Of a stretch of 64,000 nucleotides of DNA, positions 1 to 12,809 are shown one piece after another. Positions within the stretch are counted from its first letter, which is position 1. Each line of letters begins with the position of its first letter. A program made the translations under genes and the position numbers. The stretch comes from Squalus acanthias (Eukaryota), in contig CM059440.1 of the NCBI GenBank assembly GCA_030390025.1, positions 63,240,001 to 63,304,000 of the forward strand, in the 5' to 3' direction. A model generated the notes under the pieces. It was not told where the DNA came from, did no database searches, and saw only the letters and a program-made list of their open reading frames with translations.

Positions 1-330
1 ACAAGATTATGACAGGTTTGGATAGGCTAGACGGGGAAAGGCTATTCCCACTAGTTGATGGTACAAGGACTAGGGGGACACAGATTTAAGGTTTTGGGGA
101 AGAGATACAGGGGGGACGTGAGGAAAAACTTTTTTACGCAGCGAGTGGTGAGGACCTGGAACTCGCTGCCGACGGAAGTGGTGGAAGCGGAGACACTCAA
201 TGTTTTCAAGGGAAGACTGGATAGGCACTTGAGGGAAATAAACTTGCAGGGCTACAGGGATAGAGCGGGGGAATGGGACTGACTGAATTGCGCTATAGAG
301 AGCCGGCACGGTCTCGATGGGCCGAAATGT
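1..330 (+). mobile_element. CR1-type LINE 3' fragment
   Basis: Encodes GHRFKVLGKRYRGDVRKNFFTQRVVRTWNSLP...FKGRLD, the typical CR1 ORF2 C-terminus, followed by a 3' UTR shared with other copies in the window. Confidence 0.85.
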
Positions 331-1007
331 CATCCGCCGGAAACGTTAACTCTGTTTCCCTCTGCACCGATGCTGCCTGAGCGTATTGCCAACATCTTGT
401 GTTTTTTAAGCTCTTGCAAAGAGCCGGCACAGGTCCAACGGGCCAGAATGGCCTGCCTCTGCGCTGCGGCGTTTCTGCGATGTATCCAATTCCCCTTTCG
501 GAAAATGCTGCGAGCGGCTTGGGGTGGGGGGGAAGTCCTCCGGGCCGGCAGGTGGCGCTGCGGCGGGAGGAGCGCGGGGTTGGGGGGGGGCGGGGGTTTT
601 TTGGCGGCTGTGCTGTGAGAGGAGGGCGTGGGATGAGCGGGCGGCGCTCTTGTAGCTGGGTTTCCGCTGCGGCCCATGTGAGCGGCTCCGCCATTGTGTG
701 AGGGAGTGAGAGTGAGGAGCGGCGAGACCGGGGGGGGAAAAAGAAGAAGCAGCAAACGGCGAGTCGTCGTACAAATATATATATAAAAAACACTCACAGC
801 GGGACCGCGGATCGATCCACCGGGACCCCGTCCGGTCGGTCAGGAGAAGAAAAAATAATAATATAGCCGCGCGGCGCCCTCCCGCACCCGCTTCAGTCAG
901 CGCGCTGTGCAGGCCGCTGGAGCCCAGCCCACAGCCTCGGGACTCGCGTACCAACTCTTTCCCCCCCCTCCCCTTCCCCACCCCCCCCGGCCTCGGTTCA
1001 TGAAGAA

Positions 1008-1034
1008 ATGTCGGCCACCAGCGTCCTGGACCAG
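1008..1034 (+). CDS. YTHDF2: YTHDF2 coding exon 1 (MSATSVLDQ)
   Basis: ATG with G at -3; 9 codons resembling the vertebrate YTHDF N-terminus (human YTHDF2 MSASSLLEQ); followed by CAG|GTAAGG donor. Confidence 0.93.
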
Positions 1035-1231
1035 GTAAGGGTCGAAACATGTATTTAACCAACCGGTAAATCGGGCCGAGGGTTTTTTGCGGAGTTTCTC
1101 CGGGCCCGGCCTTCCCTTTGCACCGGGTGGGTTTAGGCCACAGCCTCGGCACTCGATTAATGCTCTTCCTTTTTTTTCCCCCCTTCTCTCCCTTCCCCTC
1201 CCCCCTTCTCGATGGAAACCGACTGACGCAG

Positions 1232-1256
1232 AGACCGAAAGGCCAAGGAAATAAAG
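1232..1256 (+). CDS. YTHDF2: YTHDF2 coding exon 2, 25 nt (RPKGQGNK + first base of V)
   Basis: CAG acceptor at 1229-1231 and AAG|GTAAGC donor; the peptide matches the YTHDF2 RPKGQGNK motif. Confidence 0.93.
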
Positions 1257-4040
1257 GTAAGCAAGTGCGGCGACCTCCTCTAGCCGGCTCCCGGGGGAAG
1301 GCCCTGCAGCCTCGGGCTGTTCTGTGTACTTTATTTTTTTTAAATATTGGCTAGACCGCGGGTACTGGGGGCGGGGGGGATTTTTTCGGGGGGTGGTTTA
1401 TTTAGAATTAATTCGTCTCCATAGATCTGCACCTGGGGTAAGGAAAGCTCGTGTGTTTGGGGAAGGGAAGCAGCACAGGCCTCAAAGCCTGGGACTCGAG
1501 TTGGGCCGAGCCTCCAATGGATGTGTTGAGTTTTACCCCTCCACTCCTCCCCCTTCATTTTTTCCCCTCTTTTCCCCCTCTCTCCATTTCTCTCTGTTGG
1601 GGGAATCTGTGACGGGGTTTTGATTTTTAATTTCAAAAGATCTATGATATAAAATACACGTTTCCCTATGAACAGGAAGAATGACTAATGCATTTCATTG
1701 CCATCTTCATTCCAGATTTTTTTCTTTTAACTAAGACAATTGCACTGTTGTTCGTAACTACTTTTTCTTTTGGGGGGTTTCAGATTTTTATTCCCCAAAT
1801 ATACACATTACACTAGACAAGGGTTTGAAATGAATTGTACAAATTGTAGTATTTGCAAGACACTCCCTTAATTGGGGGGAGGGGAGAACATTTCACCATT
1901 TTTGTTGAATGATTTTAGAACCAGTTTTTGCAATCAAATTTTTACAGCGTGCTTGTCAATAAAAGGATTGCCTCTTTGTATGTAAATTTGTAAATTCATT
2001 AACTTTCAACTCCTTTCAGAGTTCAGTTGTAAAGATTTCATTAATAGTTTTGACATTTCTTGTAACTAGGCTGGCCAGAGATTCTTGCTATTGTGCTTTT
2101 CCCATACCAAATCCTGGATCTGCCCACCCTTTGTTTCTACTTCAGTTAAAAGTCTTCCCACTATTAGCTTTTGTCTTCATGTGGTCTTTTCTTAGCAAGG
2201 GACCACTGACTTGTCAACTCGCATTCATTTGGAGCGAGCTCATTCATATCATTGAACAAAAATGGTGAAATCTTCTCCCCTCCCCCAATTAAGGGAGTGA
2301 CTTGCAAATACTACAATTTGTACAATTCTTTTCAAGCCCTTTTGATGCATCTCTGGTAAAATAAACACCACTCCAATTATGTAAATATGTTTACAGCTAC
2401 AATGCTGCCCTTTTTAATCATAGCTATATAACTCCCAAACGTTTCCCTGATACTGACTGCTCACTTGAGAGGTAATTGATCTCCGACCGTACAGCATGTG
2501 TCCCCTGCCCATCACAAATTTATTAAGTGTTAATCACTCTGACCTCCCAGACAATTTACAACATTCTCCTTCTGTGAGGCCATTCCAAAAGCATCCATCT
2601 TTTGCTTGTGTTTTGCTGTATCAAAATGCTAACTGGTCACAAGTCTGAGGAAACTATTAATGTATAGGCGAATTAAAGGAAAAGGCCTGTTAGAATGATC
2701 ATGCCACATTCTCAGACTTGTGTCTGGTAAATTAATATGGTCTCTGGTATCCAGTCTATGGAAAAATCCTTCTGGATTCTCTACTAGCTTAGCTGTATGA
2801 ACTATAAACACAGGGCCAGCAGATAGTCACAAATGCTTCTATTGGTCCACATCTATGATCATAAAAACACGTGGGTCATATCACCTTCTGTTTGCTACAG
2901 GGCTCGCTGCAGTCATTGGTTTATTTTTTTAAAAATGCAATGATTTACCATTCCCAATTAAAATACTGGCTTACTTAGTCAGAGTTTCGAGTTGATAATG
3001 CAAACAGTGATTGGGTATGTCTTGGGAGATGTCTAATCTAAAACTTTTTGGTTTAGTTTTTTTTTCCCCTCCTCCTCCTTCGCGCCCTCACCCCCAATTT
3101 TTCTCTGCCCCTTTTAAAGGTGCTGACTCGTACTGGGGTACAATTCCATGTGCATTGGCCACTTGTGTGTAAGCCCAGATGTTGTGTTGGTATGCTGTTC
3201 GACTGCGGGGGCCATCGCAACTGGGCCAAATCCTGTACTTGGCTGATGCCCAGAGCTGTGCACTTCCCAGCAAATTGTAGAACCTCTTGCTTGTGCCCCG
3301 GCATAGATTGGGTGACTTAATCCAGATTGGGACTGTCTGATGTCTGGCTAAGCACCACACTAGGCAGTGCATTTATCAGCTGCCCAGTGAAGTCTTCTAC
3401 TTTTACTTAATGCATTTTCTTTCTTGAGTCTGCAATTCATGTTGTAAAGGTGTCCGTGTAATAGAGCCCTCTATTTATTGCAACCAATATATTATATTTA
3501 CTTTAAGAGCTGGTTGAGGCATTTGTTCGTGAAAGATCCCTGGGTTTTGTAACTGAGAGTATGCCCATTTAACAAAAACATGTGGCGGGAAAGCGAAGCT
3601 GCTATTCATAGGCCTTCAGCTTGTTATCTTGGCAGGAATGCTGTATCTTTGAACGGTTGCTTGTCTGTCCTGCTGAGTAAATACACTGCATGGTGAGCTA
3701 GTGAGTCATGCTGACCAGACTCTTGCTTGAAAGTGCAGGAGTAGGTGTCCAGTGAGGATTAGAATGGGATTATGATTCCCTACTTCCTAACAGTTGCTAT
3801 CTAGGCACATGACTTCAGGAGAGGATACAATTGGAGGGGGAGCGAGCGAGAAGTGTGTTGGGTTTTTGTCTTCACCTGATTCTATTTCAGCTCTTGATTA
3901 TATTACATGTACTGATCCAGCGTTCATTTAGTCTTTGAGGCTGACCCTGCTCCAGTCTGCTATCGGAGGGCAGCTGCTGTTATGACCTAATAAGATTTCC
4001 AGTTTTCATTCAATCTTTTTCCCCCCCAATTCTATTATAG

Positions 4041-4120
4041 TGCAAAATGGAGCAGTTCACCAAAAGGATGCACTAAACGACGACGATTTTGAGCCTTATC
4101 TGAGCACTCAGACCAGGCAG
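4041..4120 (+). CDS. YTHDF2: YTHDF2 coding exon 3, 80 nt (VQNGAVHQKDALNDDDFEPYLSTQTRQ)
   Basis: TAG acceptor and CAG|GTGAGT donor; phase fits exon 2 (25+80 = 35 codons); matches human VQNGSVHQKDGLNDDDFEPYL. Confidence 0.95.
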
Positions 4121-4865
4121 GTGAGTGTGCGAGAATTTTTTTCACGCGGTGGGAGGCAATGGATAATGCTCGATCGATTTTACAATATGAAACACTGGAG
4201 GCTGTGATGGGAGGAGGGGGAGTTCTGTGTTCTTGCAGAATAAAATTGCCAATGGCCCAGCACTGATGGTGAATTTAATTTATTGTTTTGGGGACAGGTT
4301 TCCTCAGTTAGGTGGAAATTTGTTAGGACTTGTAGAGCAAGTCGGGGGTGGAGAAAGTCAATTTTGTTTTTTTTCCTCCAGTTTTGTTTTTTGCAACTGC
4401 CGAGCACTTGATTCCTTCCAGAGTGGAAGAGTTTGCACTGTCTTTGGGTATTGTCAATGTTCCTGGTTTTGTTGCTAGGGTGTGTTGTAGATGGGTCCTC
4501 CCTCCTGTGTACTCACCTTTTTCCATTCTCTTCAACATTTCATCCACAACCTAGACTTGGCTCAGTTCCACAGTTAAGTAGCTGAGATTGGGAATGTAAT
4601 TTTCTGTGAAGGCGAGGAGAAGAAGCCTAGGTACAAATGCCAGTATAGGATTTAGAATTGGGGCCTGTTCTCCATAGCATATCAATCCAAATTTTCCCCA
4701 AAATATTTTCTCCCAATTTTTCCCTCCCCTCTTGAAAGTGTTGATCCCTTGCAGAGTTGCAGTTCCAATTATATGCTCTGGTACAGTGCTTAGCCATTCT
4801 TCATTTGTGAACCTTGGCACTGAGTGACAACAGGCTATTTTCTGTTTGGCTGTTCCCCTCGCAAC

Positions 4866-5043
4866 CTCTCTCTCCACCTTTAAGACGCTCCTTAAAACCT
4901 ACCTCTTCAACCTAACTTTTGGTCACCTGTCCTAATATCTCCTTATGTGGCTCGGTGTCAAATTTTGTTTGATAACCCTTCTGTGAAGTGCCTTGGAACG
5001 TGTTACTGCATTAAAGGTGCTATATAAATGCAAGTTGTTGTTG
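4866..5043 (+). mobile_element. L2-type LINE/SINE 3' tail
   Basis: CCTTAAAACCTACCTC...GGTGCTATATAAATGCAAGTTGTTGTTG, repeated at 36150-36347 and 43570-43765. Confidence 0.7.
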
Positions 5044-5404
5044 ACGGGCATCACAACTGAACCTGAGTTTTCGCTTGATATCCGTACATGTACTTGCCAG
5101 TAGGAATCACTGGATAGTGATTTGGACGAGGAAGTCGGACTCACTTCCCACAGTCGGGACTCTTAAGGTCAATTATGCCCCACTATTGCCCTGAGTGAGA
5201 CATTAACGGCACCATAACAGGCAGTGCATTTATTCACTCCGCCACCAGGACAGCTCTGGGCTTTTATTATATCCTGCAGTAAAATAGTTCCATTTACCAA
5301 ATTAATATACAGTGAGCATATTTCAAAGTTAGATCCTTGACAGGTTCATTATACCAATTAGAAACAATACCATTGATATGGTGCATTAACATTTCCCCAG
5401 GATG

Positions 5405-5735
5405 ACTGTGCTTCACAACCAATTACTTTTGAAGTGAATTGGTTGAGGGAAGAATGCTACCCAGGTTGCTCAGAGAACAACCTGCTTTTCACATAATACC
5501 GTGGGATTTTTAAGTCCACCTGTCCACCAAATGATCGGTCCAGTTTTAGACCAATCATTTAAGTCCACACTCCATGTGGCGTTGCTTTAACGTCTAATCT
5601 GAGAGACGGCATCTCCAACAATGCAGCACTCGCTCAGTACTGCACTGGAGGGGCAGCTTAGATTACCTGTTAAATCCTTGAGTGAGTCTTGAGCCCATGT
5701 TTTTCTGATCAGAAGCAAGAGTGCTACTAATGGAG
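5405..5735 (-). mobile_element. Degenerate Deu-domain SINE
   Basis: Reverse-complement similarity to the copies at 31392-31775 and 35735-36035. Confidence 0.6.
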
Positions 5736-7049
5736 TCAAACCATGTTGAGGACAGATGTGTCACTGGTCTCTCGAAGTTTGCAATGAGTCCTGATATGCC
5801 TCTTTAAGTAATTGTATCTTTCAGCATCCCTTTTCCTTGTCTGCTTACTAGAAGCTTTGTTGACGAATTCTGAGCTGCCCATTTGTTTTGAAGTTATGGC
5901 CAGTTCTAGAGTACAAGAGCTCAGTAAGTAGACGAGCTCATTCTACACATTGGCAGTGCATACAAACTCCTGAGGTATTTTTGCCCATCCAGGTGTGTTT
6001 AGCTGTGTCTTTGGGGAGTTCAGTTGCTAAATTTAGCTAGAAAATCATTTTCCGCTGCCCCCCATAGCCATTAATGGTCTTTAGCGATTTGTTAGGGAGG
6101 AGGATTTGGCTATCTGTTGGATGGTGGCAGCATCGGGGAGCTAAGCAAACACCGAGGAGAGACAAAGCACTGTTGCGGTGTACCAGTTTAATTGTATCTC
6201 ATGAAATAGAGGAGTGGCAGGGTTGGAAGTGGTGGCTCTCATTATTGAGTGGTTTTATTCCCTCCTTGCTTTTGTCACTTTAATTTTTCTGAAAACTTCT
6301 CCCAATTTTTCTAAAAACTTCTCCCAATGAAAAGAAGCTAAAACTAATTTTGGTTTGCTAATCTGTGCATTTAAACAGATGCTTCAGTGTGCGTGAAAGA
6401 TGTCTGAATATATTTTAAAAGATAATCCCCACCCAGATGTTTGGAATGTCTTTCTCAATGTTTGAGACAGGCTAATGAGATTGTGGTTACCTGGAATGAG
6501 AGAAATTAAAATCCAAACAAAGGGCAGATTTTAAGATTAAAGTTTATTTGCCTATAATTCAGAGCTTCAGTGTGTTGGAGGCTGAGACAGGGTAGATTAG
6601 AAAGGTGGAGTCTGTTACAAAGGCTGGTTACTCCATTTCTAAAATGTTTTCTGAAAGCTCTTCTCCCCCCCCCCCCCCCCCCCCCCCCCCCAATAGCCTA
6701 GTTGGTACTTAGCCATCTAGACCATAATAACCCTGGTTCAATTGTGGGACTGTGCTGAGTTATCTGATGTAAGCCAGAGCAGTATGAAACAGGCTAAAAT
6801 AGGCCTCACTGTTCCTAGCATAGGGATAGGAAGAATCTGCTGAGGTTCCCACTCCTTTCCAGTGACACCCCTGCTGGTTGAGTGGACATTTAGTGAGGAT
6901 AGCATTGGGTTTAGTTGTGATCGTCGGTGCACATGGGGTCAGCTTCTATATATGTCAATAACATCTGGCTCTGCTTCTGTGCTGCATCCCTTCACTCTCT
7001 CTGCTGTTGGACTGCTTGTCCAATATCTAGTCTTGGATGATTGGCAACT

Positions 7050-7680
7050 CGCCAGCTCAACAGCAGGAAGATCAAAGCTATCATCTTGAGCCCAAACCAC
7101 AAACTTTGCTTGCCACTGATTCTCCATCCCTGTGCCCCTCCACGGCCACAGTTTCAGGCTCAACGGAGCCTCTGTCCTGCTGAGCCTTGAGCTCAGCTTT
7201 AGACCCATATTCTATCCACAACATTGCCTTCGTCCTTAGTTCAGCATCTTAAATGCTGAAAACCTATGTGCTCTAGTCACTTCCAGAGTTCCTTACTGGT
7301 CTCCTTTTCTCCGCCCACCGTAACTCAAGTTGTCTAAAAGTGTGCCGCACACATCCTGTCCTGTACGAAGTCTCACTCGCTCGTTACTGCAGTCCTCACT
7401 AATCTACATTGGCTCCATGTCACTAATGCCATTCAATTTAAGGTCCTCATCCTTGAATCCCTCCATGAGTCCTGCAACCTCCTCCAGCCTGAGATTCCAC
7501 TCTCTCCTCCCCTTTACCCCCCCCCCCCAGCATCACCATTCCTCTGACTCTGGCTTTTTGTACATCTACCCACCCCCTTTGAACCACTGTTGGTAGTAGA
7601 GCCTTTGACTGCCTGGTGCCTTTTCTTTGGAATTCCCTTCCTAATCCTTTCATTCTCCTGATCCTCTTTAAAAAGCTTCT
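7050..7680 (+). mobile_element. Decayed L2-type LINE 3' region
   Basis: C/T-rich sequence similar to 43105-43765, with remnants of the L2 ORF2 C-terminal coding region. Confidence 0.5.
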
Positions 7681-10523
7681 CCCATCGTTTCAATCTTTCG
7701 GGTTCACCACAGATACCCTCTTGCCTTAAGTGGGGTCAGTCACTCTTGCAAGCATTCCCACTCTTGCGTGCTGCAGTAGACCTGTGCAGCCCAGTATGTA
7801 CCTGGATAATGGCATAACCCAGTGGTGTAACAATAATGTCCCCATGCCTTTTACACATTCCCCAATCGGTGGACTGAAAACATCAGGAAGACGAGACCAG
7901 ATCAATCAGTACAACTTGTCTTTGCATAATAATACAAAGTAATGAATGTGCTATGCTCCTCCATGTCAGTGGATTGTCTTTTTGGACCGCTAACTACCTT
8001 GCTGCATTCTCCTTCTGAACAAAGCCTACCCTTCCTGCTTGCTGTTTAAAACTTGACTGACTTTGCAGCGTTTGCTGGACCTGACTCCTAACACATGGGT
8101 GGGTGTTCTCCTGTTTCCTGTCCCTTGGGAAGTTGTGTCTTGGTTTCTGACTAGTGATTCACTGAAGTACTGCTCATCAGGCCTGCTACCACCTCTCTTT
8201 CTCTTCCACACACATCCCCCCCCCACCCAACAAAACTGGCTTAATGCAAAGCTCAACAGAAAGGGACATAATGTTTGCTCGGAGCACCTGATGTGAGATA
8301 ATGACTGCTCCTGATCATCATAGGTAGCAGCTTCAATGTCTGGGTTTAATGCACATTCTCTAAATGCAAGCAATCTGTTGCCATTTTCTTCTAACCCAGT
8401 GCATATTCACTTTGTTTTAAAACATGCCGCATAAACGTAGCTCAATCCCAAAATCCTTTCCGTGGAGGAGATAGATCAAAAATTTCAATGTGGCACTGGC
8501 TTGATGTCGGTTTTCATTGTGGCTATTCTGAAGTACCCTGGGGCGTTCTTTGTTAAAGGTGCTGTATAAATGCAAGTTGTTGATGAGCACTCATTGGGCT
8601 CGCACAAGATGACTGGTCACTTTCTGGCGCTCTTGCCATATTTTTTGATGCCTTTGAGAGGAAAGGGGGGAAATTACTGGTGCCCCTTCCTAGTCATTTA
8701 CCTGGGGGTGGGTAGAGTGGGATAGTACAGGAGTCATTTTTTCCCCGAATGTCTGACAGTTTCATTTGTTGGGAAGTTGACTGTACGATTAAGTTATTAG
8801 TGGGACACAATGGGAAACCCCAAGCTGTATTGTTTCCTCCTTCAAATAAAGTAACAGTTCTTTGTTCTGTTTTGCTAGTAAATGGTGCAATGGTTCCTCC
8901 TTTTGAGTTCTCAACTTTCCAAATGAACGCTTAATGGGAGTTGTGGCAGCAGGATTGAATAGAAGGCTTGTGCCATCTCTCCATTACAGTCTTGTAATTA
9001 TAATGCAGTATAATTGTGCATATAGTTTGGGCTTTAGCAATTGGAACAAAGACTACATTTGTGTACTTCCATGGCGATGTTTTCTGGCCAAATTACTTTG
9101 CAGAATTAAAACTACTTGATCAAGCAAAGTCCTTTAAAGTTATTTATTTAAAAAAAAAAAATGTTTTTCTAGTTGGATTAATCTTTTTTCCTTTGTCTCA
9201 TGTTGAGCCATTTGTTGTAAAGTGATTTATTTTAACCGTTTGTATGTTCTGTATTGCTGATATTTGTTTCTGTTTATCTGCTGTTTCTCTTGTAATTAAT
9301 CAGGTTCGTGTGGTCTCAATATTGTGTGGGAGAGTAAAGGAAGAATTTCACATTTTTAAACAGTGCTTGTCTAGTTGAGGGATATCAGTGGAAAGAAATG
9401 GAAGTCTCACCCATTGTCAACAGCCAACACTCCCGGGTTGTTATAAGCACAGCCAGATGCAGAGTAAAGTTCCCTCAACTCTGCCCCCAACCATGTACTT
9501 CAGCTCCTGTTGCAGAAGAGCATCCCCTAATGTACTGCACCAGCCAGCCTGAGGTCAGAGTAAGATTGACAATTAGTGTTCAATTAAGGACAGCATTGTG
9601 CTGGATCTAGACTGCCCAAACTCACTTCACAAAGGACACATGCAGACAGAAGAGACTTTAATCCCATCAGTCTTGTCGTGTTTAGCCCACTGTGCCACCC
9701 AATAACCTGATTTCACACATAGAAGCTCCCAAAATTCCTGGCAGTATAATTGCATACGTGTTATCAATGTTTTTAAGAGGATCGAAGAAAATCTTTGCTG
9801 TGCCATTGTAAGTTTTAATTCAGATTGACACCACTAATGGTCTTTACACAGATGTTTAGAATTTAGGATGGTAAATTGGATCTCTATAATGCTTAGTATT
9901 AAGATTTGGGTGTGCATACGATTTCTCCACATGCTGAGTTCCCAACCTCAAGTTATGCTCTAGGAGGCACTAGACGGAGTAAAGGGGGAGATCATTGGGA
10001 GGGGGTAGCATTGAATTATGTAACGTCTCAGTTACAAACTGTTATTGAGAGGGGCTTGGATGTTAGTGTGGAGACTGGGGAAAATTTGAGGAGGGGTGAG
10101 CCTAGAAATCTTAGTTTGTGATTTTTCCAACTTTATGAAAGGTATAAATATCTTGTGCTTTCTTTTACACTTCAGTTCCATAATTCAATGTTTTAAGCCA
10201 GGAAAGTCTCTAATACTTAAGTAATTTCCAATGGTAACTTTTGTGAGGACTGAGGGAGTTTTCTAATCATGGGGTCATAATGTGCCTACTGTATAGTTCA
10301 GAGTTTCCCGTGGGGGCTTTCTACTCCCTAGTAGTATTGACGGTTACAGTAGACAAACTTAACAATGCATTGTGAAAATCCCAGTGACAGTGCTGAACAC
10401 TTCATTTGCTTTCTGGCAGCTGTAGGCTGAATTTTGGAAGACTACTTAGGCTGTTCAGATACTCAGTACTTGTAATCTATGCAACTTCTTTCATTACTGA
10501 TTATTTTTCTTTTTTCTTTACAG

Positions 10524-12089
10524 AACAATACCTATACTGCCATGTCTGACTCCTACCTACCAAGTTACTATAGCCCATCTATAGGGTTCCAGTATTCATT
10601 AAGTGAGGCTGCCTGGTCGACAGGAGGGGATCCACCTATGCCCTATCTGACATCGTATGGACAGCTGAGTAACGGAGAGCATCACTTTCTACCTGATGCA
10701 ATGTTTGGACAGCCAGGGACTTTGGGGAACACTCCTTTCCTGAGCCAGCATGGGTTTAACTTCTTTCCTAGTGGTGTGGACTTCTCAGCTTGGGGAACCA
10801 GCAGTTCTCCGGGACAGTCCACTCAAAGCTCAGGCTATAGCCCTAGCAGCTATGCCTACCCTCCTAGCTCTCTCGGCGGAGCTATGATGGACGGACAGTC
10901 AGCTTTTGCCAACGAGACACTGAATAAAGCACCAGGTATGAATAGCATTGACCAAGGTATGGCAGGACTGAAGATAAGCGGTGGTGAGGTTGCTAGTAAC
11001 GTATCTAAAATGGTAGGTTCTGCTGTTGGGAGTAATCCTATATCGACTATTTCAAATAACGCGATACCTTCTAATCCCATGCCACCAACTACTATCGCTC
11101 CCCCGAAGCCAACTTCATGGGCTGACATCGCAAGCAAGCCGGCGAAACCCCAACCCAAGAAGGCAAAAGGTGGGTCCAGTGGGCCATCCCTTCCACCCCC
11201 TCCAATTAAGCATAATATGGATATTGGTACCTGGGATAACAAGGGGCCTGTGGCCAAAAGTGCTCCTCAGCCGTCCACTCAAGCCAGCGGCCAGCAGCAA
11301 GGCCAGCCACCTCCGCTGCCAGTGAACCAACAGGTGGTGAACATGCAGCCTCAGCAGGTGCCCTCGGGCCAGCAGCAGCAGGTGCCGCCGCAGCCAGTGC
11401 AGCAGCAGCCGCAACCAAACCGCTGGGTTGCACCCCGCAACCGGGCAGCTGGCTTTGGCCAAAATGGAGTGGATGCTGGAGGCATTGGGCTGACACATGG
11501 GAATTCAAACTCTGCCTCTGCGGAAGCGCATCCAGTCTTGGAGAAATTGAGATCCGTCAACAACTACAACCCCAAGGATTTTGACTGGAACCCCAAACAC
11601 GGACGAGTTTTCATCATTAAGAGCTACTCGGAGGATGACATCCATCGCTCTATTAAATATTCCATTTGGTGTAGTACCGAGCACGGCAACAAGAGACTGG
11701 ACGGAGCCTACCGTACCATGAACGGCAAGGGCCCCGTTTACCTCTTGTTCAGCGTCAACGGGAGTGGCCACTTCTGTGGCGTCGCCGAGATGAAGTCAAC
11801 TGTGGACTACAACACTTGTGCTGGGGTGTGGTCTCAGGACAAGTGGAAGGGACGGTTCGACGTGAGGTGGATATTTGTGAAGGACGTGCCCAATAGTCAA
11901 CTGCGGCACATTCGCCTGGAAAACAATGAGAATAAACCTGTCACCAACTCCCGAGACACTCAGGAGGTGCCCTTGGAAAAAGCCAAGCAGGTTCTGAAAA
12001 TTATTGCCAGTTACAAGCATACGACCTCCATCTTTGATGACTTTTCTCATTACGAAAAACGTCAAGAGGAGGAGGAGTGTGTTAAAAAG
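10524..12089 (+). CDS. YTHDF2: YTHDF2 coding exon 4, 1566 nt: low-complexity P/Q/S/G region plus complete YTH m6A-binding domain
   Basis: Polypyrimidine tract plus CAG at 10521-10523; AAG|GTTGGT donor. YTH motifs [24 protein letters not shown] and [10 protein letters not shown] (aromatic-cage tryptophans) are present. [17 protein letters not shown] and GRFDVRW match YTHDF2 better than YTHDF1/3. Confidence 0.97.
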
Positions 12090-12809
12090 GTTGGTCACGC
12101 TAAAAATTGTTAATTGGAAGATTGTAATGCGCTGAAAATTGTCAACTTGGAAAGTCTCTGAAAACATTTGAGTACTGAGTGTTAAGTTTCTTTTTTTTAT
12201 ATACAAAAAAATCCTGTTTACTTAAACCCTGTTGATTCTCATTCTGTCTGAATTGATGGCTTACAGAATTAGATTTATCTAAGTAATGTCACTAGAATTT
12301 CAGTAAACATTGTGGGAGGGATGTGAAATGTTCAGTGTCCACTTGAACTGTAACCCCTCTCCTTGGCATTAACATTATAGGTTTTGTCCTTCCAAACTTG
12401 GGTAGAGTCTGGAGAGCATTTTGAGTTGTGTGACAGTAGGATGAAGCGGTGAGAGATTTAAGGCGATGAATTCAGGGTGTCGCACAAGAAGTATATCATA
12501 ATAAAAGTGTATTGGCTCAAATGTGATTTTTCTTTTCACTAATAGTTTGCAAAAATAAGACTAGTGACCATGCTGGCCACTGAAATGTGGGGTTTGAGTC
12601 TGGCCACTTGCACAGTTTAATGAACGCTGTGGGTAAATTGGTTCGAAGGATTGTGGTGCAGCTCCACACCAGGCTTAAAGATACATTGCCCGCAGAGATT
12701 TCCCCAAAAATGCTAGTGTGCATTCAGCTCCGCCTTCATTTGTCGAAAGTAGAAAAATGTACTAAGCACCACCCATTTCAATTGACTATAAAGACCCTCT
12801 GAAATCCAG

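Larger units (their letters stand above)
500..1500. promoter_or_regulatory. CpG island / TATA-less promoter and 5' UTR region of YTHDF2
   Basis: Much higher GC and CpG density than the flanks, G-rich boxes at 520-640, and a YY1-like CCGCCATTG at 688-696. It surrounds exons 1-2. Confidence 0.8.

Noticed and set aside
293-1152. Minus-strand ORFs of 155-248 aa at the promoter
   Set aside because: Expected in a stop-poor CpG island; low complexity and no recognisable homology.
10479-10523. Apparent signal-peptide start [15 protein letters not shown] of the 544-aa ORF
   Set aside because: This is the intron 3 polypyrimidine tract; the true N-terminus comes from exons 1-3.
10856-12206. Antisense and alternative-frame ORFs over exon 4
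   Set aside because: Shadows of a GC-rich coding exon, with no recognisable products.
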